From assembly GCA_048885525.1 (NCBI GenBank), contig JBHLLP010000001.1, forward strand, positions 64,001 to 128,000: a DNA stretch of 64,000 nt, written 5' to 3'. Shown in pieces: positions 58,762 to 64,000 of this stretch. The notes beneath the pieces were generated by a model, which did not search any database, was not told the DNA's origin, and was given only the letters and a program-made list of their open reading frames with translations. Both the position numbers and the translations under genes were made by a program. The stretch is from Candidatus Hermodarchaeota archaeon (lineage in GTDB: Archaea > Asgardarchaeota > Lokiarchaeia > Sigyniarchaeales > SOKP01). Position 1 is the stretch's first letter. Each line of letters begins with the position of its first letter.

Positions 58762-59982
58762 ATGGAAATTAATTTAAATGAAGTAAGCGATAACTATTTA
58801 GAGGTTTTAATAATGTATGATGTAGTAGTATCAGGTGCTGGACCTTCAGGATCGCAATGTGCAAAAGTAATAGCTAAAGCAGGATATAAAGTTGCTTTAA
58901 TAGAAAAAGATTCAAATTGGCGTAAACCATGCGGAGGAGCAATCCATTCCAGTGTTGTAAATGTTTATCCACAGTTGAAAAAATTAAATAATGCAAAAGT
59001 ATTAGGTGTTGTCATGCACTCAGCAGATTATCATAGGTTAGAATTTAAGGGTGTTGGTAACGAATTTTCAATAATTATGGATAGATTAGAGCTCGATAAA
59101 GTGATGAAAGACGCCGCAATTGATTCAGGAGCAGAGTTTTATGACAAAAATTTATCTTTTGATTTTGTATCTAAAAATCAGAAAAAAGTTGGTATAAAAA
59201 CAAAAACCCCAAGTGGTATCAAAGAGTATTATGGAAACTTGATTATAATTGCTGATGGTATGAGTTCTAAATTAGCTCCAAAATCCGGAGTCAGATCAAA
59301 ATGGAAATTAAATGAAATAGCAAATGGTAAATGTGCCATTATGGAAGGGGAAAATCGATTAGATGAAGAATTTGTTTATGTATTTTTTAAACCATATCTG
59401 GGATATGGATGGATCTTTCCATTAGGTAATAAAAAATTTAATATAGGGGTATTTACATTTGGTATTGATAATGCTAACTATAACCTACTTAAAGTTTATC
59501 GAGAGTTTCTTGATAATCCAAACATTAAGAAATATCTCCCAGGCTTAAAATATAAGCTTATCTGGTCAAGTTGTTATTCTTTTCCTGCAGAAGGAGTTTT
59601 GGAAAAAAGCTTATATAGTGATAATTTAATGCTTGTAGGAGATACTGGAGGTTTTGTTTCTCCTATAAGTGGTGAGGGAATTCAAACTGCCGTAATCTCA
59701 GGTAAAATTGCTGCAGAAACAGCGATTAAAGCCTTACAAGAAGAAGATTATTCAAAAAACTCATTAAAAAAATACAGAACTCATCCTGAAATCAAGAATA
59801 TCATTAACAATTTCAAATTAAAACGTTCAATGATTAAATTTTTTTTCGAAAATAATGGTAAAAATCTTAATAAAATGCTTGAGGTATCAGAAAATGATTT
59901 AGTATTTAGAGAACAATTAGTTAACATGTTTACTTACGGAGAACTACCTTCAAAAGAATTTCTAGCAAAAATTAATGACTAA
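58762..59982 (+). CDS. Geranylgeranyl reductase family FAD-dependent oxidoreductase
   Basis: GAGPSG, KPCGG, ADG, GYGWIFP and GDTGGFVSPISGEGI motifs; true start probably the ATG at 58813. Confidence 0.9.
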   Translation: MEINLNEVSDNYLEVLIMYDVVVSGAGPSGSQCAKVIAKAGYKVALIEKDSNWRKPCGGAIHSSVVNVYPQLKKLNNAKVLGVVMHSADYHRLEFKGVGNEFSIIMDRLELDKVMKDAAIDSGAEFYDKNLSFDFVSKNQKKVGIKTKTPSGIKEYYGNLIIIADGMSSKLAPKSGVRSKWKLNEIANGKCAIMEGENRLDEEFVYVFFKPYLGYGWIFPLGNKKFNIGVFTFGIDNANYNLLKVYREFLDNPNIKKYLPGLKYKLIWSSCYSFPAEGVLEKSLYSDNLMLVGDTGGFVSPISGEGIQTAVISGKIAAETAIKALQEEDYSKNSLKKYRTHPEIKNIINNFKLKRSMIKFFFENNGKNLNKMLEVSENDLVFREQLVNMFTYGELPSKEFLAKIND

Positions 59983-60157
59983 ATAAAATTCTAAGGTAAA
60001 AATAATTTATAAAGACAAATTTTTTGGTACAAATTTCTATTTTTTTTAAAAACAAAATTCCCCTTTATTACCCATTTCACTATATTTTTAACCTATTTTC
60101 CTTTATTTTTCAAAAACGTAACCTTTAAATAAGCAAATTAATATTGTTATATTAAGA

Positions 60158-60193
60158 TATGTAAAGTTCATCTTGACAATGAAACCTTACATA
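60158..60193 (+). promoter_or_regulatory. Imperfect inverted repeat at the grpE-dnaK-dnaJ promoter/leader
   Basis: TATGTAAAGTTCAT-CTTGACA-ATGAAACCTTACATA, ~27 nt after TTTAAATA (60124-60131). Confidence 0.55.
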
Positions 60194-60229
60194 CAAAAAA
60201 AAGGAGTTTAAAACTCAAAAAATAAAAAA

Positions 60230-60958
60230 ATGACATACGTGTTTAAAAATGAAATGGGAGATGTAAGACCTGTGACATTTGAAGAATATTTTGATAAATT
60301 TAATAGTAATCGCGGTTTTTCACGTGGATTATCAAATCAAATTTTGGTCTCAAGAAAAGATTACGAGCTTCTTAAAGCGAATGCAGAAAAATACGAAGCA
60401 TTAGTTGAGGAACACAAAAAGATTAAGACTCAAAATGATCGGTTACTAAAAGAACTTGACGATATGAAAGATGATGGTCGCAAATTTAAGGAATTATTAG
60501 AAGAGAAGGAAAAATATTTGAATTCACTTTTACGGATACGAGCTGATTTTGAGAATTATAAGAAGCGTTCTGAACAAGAGAATATTAGATACAAGTCATA
60601 TCTCATGGATTCTATATTAAAGAAGTTAATTGATCATTATGATGATTTAGTAAGAGCATTGAACTTGCTGAATATGCTTGAAAATATGGATGGTATTAAG
60701 AATGGCTTTGAAATAATAATCAAAAATTTTGTAAAGCTTTTAGATGAGGAAGGTGTAAAACCGATGAATTCAGAGGGCGAAAAATTTGATCCATATAAGC
60801 ATGAAGCCATACTAGTTGAAGAGGGTAGAGATGATCTCCCAGAAAATACGATATTAGAAGAAATAACAAAAGGTTATTATATTAAAGATAAGGTTTTAAG
60901 ACCTGCGAAGGTCAAAATCTCAAAAAAATCAAAATTAAAAAATTTAAATGAAAATTAG
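60230..60958 (+). CDS. grpE: GrpE nucleotide exchange factor
   Basis: LRIRADFENYKKR, FDPYKHEA and KGY...VLRPAKV motifs. Confidence 0.93.
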   Translation: MTYVFKNEMGDVRPVTFEEYFDKFNSNRGFSRGLSNQILVSRKDYELLKANAEKYEALVEEHKKIKTQNDRLLKELDDMKDDGRKFKELLEEKEKYLNSLLRIRADFENYKKRSEQENIRYKSYLMDSILKKLIDHYDDLVRALNLLNMLENMDGIKNGFEIIIKNFVKLLDEEGVKPMNSEGEKFDPYKHEAILVEEGRDDLPENTILEEITKGYYIKDKVLRPAKVKISKKSKLKNLNEN

Positions 60959-60994
60959 AAAATAATAAAAAAATAACAAAAGGAGTGAAATAAT

Positions 60995-62908
60995 ATGGCA
61001 AAAATAATAGGAATTGACTTAGGAACATCAAATTCAGCAGCAGCAGTCTTAATTGGCGGTAAACCAACAATTATTCCAAGTGCTGAGGGTTTAACCTTGG
61101 GTGGCAAGGCTTTTCCCTCTGTAGTAGCGTTTACGAAGGATGGTCAGAGATTAGTCGGAGAACCTGCAAGAAGGCAAGCAATCTCAAATCCAGATCGTAC
61201 AATTACGGCTATTAAAAGGAAAATGGGCACATCTTACAAAGTAACAATAGATGGAAAGGATTATTCACCTCAAGAGATTTCGGCAATGATTCTGAGAAAA
61301 ATCAAGGAAGATGCAAGTGCTTATTTAGGTGAAGAAGTCACTGACGCAATAATTACTGTACCAGCATATTTTAATGATAATCAAAGACAAGCTACAAAAG
61401 ATGCGGGAAGGATCGCAGGATTGAATGTAAAACGTTTAATTAACGAACCCACTGCCGCAGCTGTAGCTTATGGCTTAGATAAGAAAAATGCTAGACTAAA
61501 AATCGCAGTATTGGATCTTGGTGGTGGTACATTTGATGTTACGATTATGGAGATGGACAATCAAGTATTTGAGGTAATTTCTACAGCAGGAGATACTCAA
61601 TTAGGAGGCACTGATATGGATAAAATACTTGTTGATTATATAGTTTCTGAGTTCCAAAAAGATCAAGGTGTAAATATAAGAGGAGATTCTATGGCAATGC
61701 AACGAATTCGAGAAGCAGCAGAGAAAGCTAAAATTGAATTATCTACATCAATTACAACTGATATTAATTTACCCTATATTACAGCAACTAGCGAAGGACC
61801 AAAACATCTTAATATGTCACTGACCAGAGCTAAATTAGAGCAGTTAATAGAACCAGTCTTAAAGAGATTGGACATATCGATTTTAAAAGCTTTACAGGAT
61901 GCTGGAATGGCAAGAGGAGAAATCGATAAGATCATTTTAGTTGGAGGTCCTACAAGAATGCCTGTTGTACAGAAGAAATTCGAAAATCTACTAGCTAAGG
62001 CTCCAGAACGTAGTATTGATCCTATGGAGTGTGTTGCGATGGGTGCTTCGGTTCAAGGCGGAGTATTAACTGGTGAAGTTGAAGACTTATTATTACTTGA
62101 TGTGACACCTTTATCATTAGGAGTTGAGACATTAGGTGGAGTATTTACAAAATTAATTGAGAGAAACACAACGATTCCAACCAAAAAAGCGGAAACATTC
62201 TCAACAGCATCAGATAATCAACCAGCAGTAGAAATTCATGTTTTACAAGGTGAAAGACCAAGAGCAGCCGATAATATAACATTAGGAAGATTTCATTTAA
62301 ATGGCATTCCACCAGCTCCAAGGGGAGTACCACAGATTGAAGTAACATTTGATATTGATCAAAATGGAATCCTAAATGTTTCAGCGAAAGATAAAGGAAC
62401 AGGAAAAAGTCAATCAATAACTATCACTGCATCCACAAAGATGTCTGACGATGATATTGAACAAAAAGTTCGAGAAGCAGAAAGAAATGCAGAAGAAGAT
62501 AGAAAATTCCAAGAATTAACTGAAGCTAAAAATCATGCAGAATCACTAATCTACCAAACTGAGAAGCTATTAAAAGAGAATGATGCTGTCATTGGAGATT
62601 TAAAATCAAATATATTGAATAAGATCTCTATTTTAAGGAGTGCGATGGAATCTGAAGATTTAAATCGTATTAAAGGTGCTACAGAAGCTTTACAGAATTC
62701 ACTGCATGAAGTTTCATCTCGTATATACGGACAAAAGCAAGGGACATATCAAGGAACTTATCAAGGTGCTCAACCTGGAGGCATGGGAGATGTCCCACCA
62801 GGTGCTACATATGGATATCAAGGAAAGACTCAAGATGAGATAGAAGAAGAACAATTCCGAAAAGCAACTGGCCAAGATGATAATGTAGTTGACACTGAGT
62901 ATGATTAA
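60995..62908 (+). CDS. dnaK: DnaK/Hsp70 (short archaeal/Gram-positive type)
   Basis: [28 protein letters not shown] and [19 protein letters not shown] motifs. Confidence 0.98.
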   Translation: MAKIIGIDLGTSNSAAAVLIGGKPTIIPSAEGLTLGGKAFPSVVAFTKDGQRLVGEPARRQAISNPDRTITAIKRKMGTSYKVTIDGKDYSPQEISAMILRKIKEDASAYLGEEVTDAIITVPAYFNDNQRQATKDAGRIAGLNVKRLINEPTAAAVAYGLDKKNARLKIAVLDLGGGTFDVTIMEMDNQVFEVISTAGDTQLGGTDMDKILVDYIVSEFQKDQGVNIRGDSMAMQRIREAAEKAKIELSTSITTDINLPYITATSEGPKHLNMSLTRAKLEQLIEPVLKRLDISILKALQDAGMARGEIDKIILVGGPTRMPVVQKKFENLLAKAPERSIDPMECVAMGASVQGGVLTGEVEDLLLLDVTPLSLGVETLGGVFTKLIERNTTIPTKKAETFSTASDNQPAVEIHVLQGERPRAADNITLGRFHLNGIPPAPRGVPQIEVTFDIDQNGILNVSAKDKGTGKSQSITITASTKMSDDDIEQKVREAERNAEEDRKFQELTEAKNHAESLIYQTEKLLKENDAVIGDLKSNILNKISILRSAMESEDLNRIKGATEALQNSLHEVSSRIYGQKQGTYQGTYQGAQPGGMGDVPPGATYGYQGKTQDEIEEEQFRKATGQDDNVVDTEYD

Positions 62909-62985
62909 ATTTTTTTTTTTAATTTTTTTTTAAATTCACATTTATTAAATTATTATTCATAATTGTAAGAAAGAGGTTGTAAAAT

Positions 62986-63996
62986 ATGGCAAAAAATTAT
63001 TACGAAATATTGGGAATAAACAAAGGAGCTTCAAAGGAAGAAATTAAAAGAGCCTTTCGAAAAATGGCTCGAAAATATCATCCTGATGTTAATCCAGATG
63101 AACCAAAATCAGGAGAGAAATTTAAAGAGATAAACGAAGCTTATACAATCTTAAGCGATGATAAAAAAAGAGAGATGTATGATAGATTTGGTGTTGTAGA
63201 AGGAGATTCTTCATCATATCAAAGTTGGAGTGGAGCTCCTGAAGGAGGAAGAGTCCATCGAAGTCCAGATGGTACAACTTATTATTATTCAACATCGGGT
63301 TCACCAGGAGGATTTGATTTCAGTGAAATTTTTGGAAATCATGATAATTCTAGAAGTAGAACTGGTGGATTTGATTTTTTTAACGATTTAGGGGATATCT
63401 TTGATGTTTTTAATAGAGGTGGAAGAGGAAGTACAAGGGCGAGATCTTCAAATTATAGTAATCTTCCAAGAGAAGGAGATGACTTAAGATATGATATGGA
63501 AATAGATTTTATGGATGCCTTTTATGGAGGAAAGAAAAGAGTAAATTATAAAGATCCTACAAGTGGCCAAATGAAGACCTTAAGTGTAAATATTCCAAGA
63601 GGTATCAAAGATGATCAAAAATTACGTCTAAAGGGGAAAGGAATGCCCGGAGAGAATGGAGGCGGTTCAGGAGATTTATATATTGCTATACACATTAGAA
63701 ATCATCCAAAATTTGAAAGGAAAGATGATGATATCTATACCGAACAAGAAGTTCCATTCACTACAGCGGCACTTGGAGGAAAAATTCAGGTCTCTGGTAT
63801 AGAAAGCATTTTAAATGTATCAGTTCCTCCGGGAACGAATGACTCATCATTATTAAGACTAAAAAACCAAGGTTTTTATAAAATTAATTCAGATCAAAGG
63901 GGAAATTTATTAATTAAAATAAAAATTAAAGTCCCTAAAAAACTAAATCGAGATCAGAAAGAATTGTTAAAAAAATTACAAATATTGGGTGTTTGA
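62986..63996 (+). CDS. dnaJ: DnaJ-family co-chaperone lacking the zinc finger (class B/CbpA-like)
   Basis: J-domain with HPD, G/F-rich linker and C-terminal domains; no CxxCxGxG repeats. Confidence 0.9.
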   Translation: MAKNYYEILGINKGASKEEIKRAFRKMARKYHPDVNPDEPKSGEKFKEINEAYTILSDDKKREMYDRFGVVEGDSSSYQSWSGAPEGGRVHRSPDGTTYYYSTSGSPGGFDFSEIFGNHDNSRSRTGGFDFFNDLGDIFDVFNRGGRGSTRARSSNYSNLPREGDDLRYDMEIDFMDAFYGGKKRVNYKDPTSGQMKTLSVNIPRGIKDDQKLRLKGKGMPGENGGGSGDLYIAIHIRNHPKFERKDDDIYTEQEVPFTTAALGGKIQVSGIESILNVSVPPGTNDSSLLRLKNQGFYKINSDQRGNLLIKIKIKVPKKLNRDQKELLKKLQILGV

Positions 63997-64000
63997 TCAA

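Noticed and set aside
144-63304. Many short ORFs antisense to or out of frame within long genes (e.g. 144-503, 1686-1985, 7018-7302, 22912-23211, 23965-24372, 33457-33831, 47016-47366, 62145-62417)
   Set aside because: They shadow well-supported genes and have the Ser/Phe/Ile-rich composition expected from the reverse complement of AT-rich coding DNA, with no motifs.
1-64000. CRISPR arrays, rRNA/tRNA genes, transposases or integrases
   Set aside because: I saw no regularly spaced repeats, no long GC-rich structural RNA blocks and no recombinase motifs.

Overview
AT-rich, gene-dense archaeal chromosome segment. Gene content points to an Asgard archaeon of the Lokiarchaeia (inference): a divergent small GTPase, an Smc5/6-like SMC, a geranylgeranyl reductase, AOR, an ADP-forming acyl-CoA synthetase, several DUF3795-type and 4Fe-4S proteins, and a eukaryote-like SECIS. 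I saw no rRNA, tRNA, CRISPR array or IS element. Four things stand out. (1) An arsR/acr3 arsenic locus ends in a gene that appears to read through two adjacent in-frame UGA codons and is followed directly by a eukaryote/Loki-type SECIS hairpin. This is a candidate new Sec-Sec selenoprotein that the ORF track truncates. (2) A ~13.6 kb PadR-headed operon encodes two UvrA-like ABC ATPases (one with four NBDs), two BtrH-like cysteine hydrolases (one fused to an HNH nuclease), a methyltransferase, an alpha/alpha-barrel protein and a VOC protein, with no uvrB/uvrC. (3) An operon encodes a degenerate AAA+ protein, an Smc5/6-like SMC, a kleisin and an Nse1-like KITE subunit. (4) A tandem 2x6TM K+ channel has GYG and GFG filters. 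The rest is housekeeping and metabolism (Maf, YjjX, RimK/MptN-like, an acyl-CoA/SCP2 operon, AOR, pyruvate kinase, grpE-dnaK-dnaJ), plus several unannotated microproteins and two pseudogenes. All family calls come from motif recognition by eye; no searches were run.
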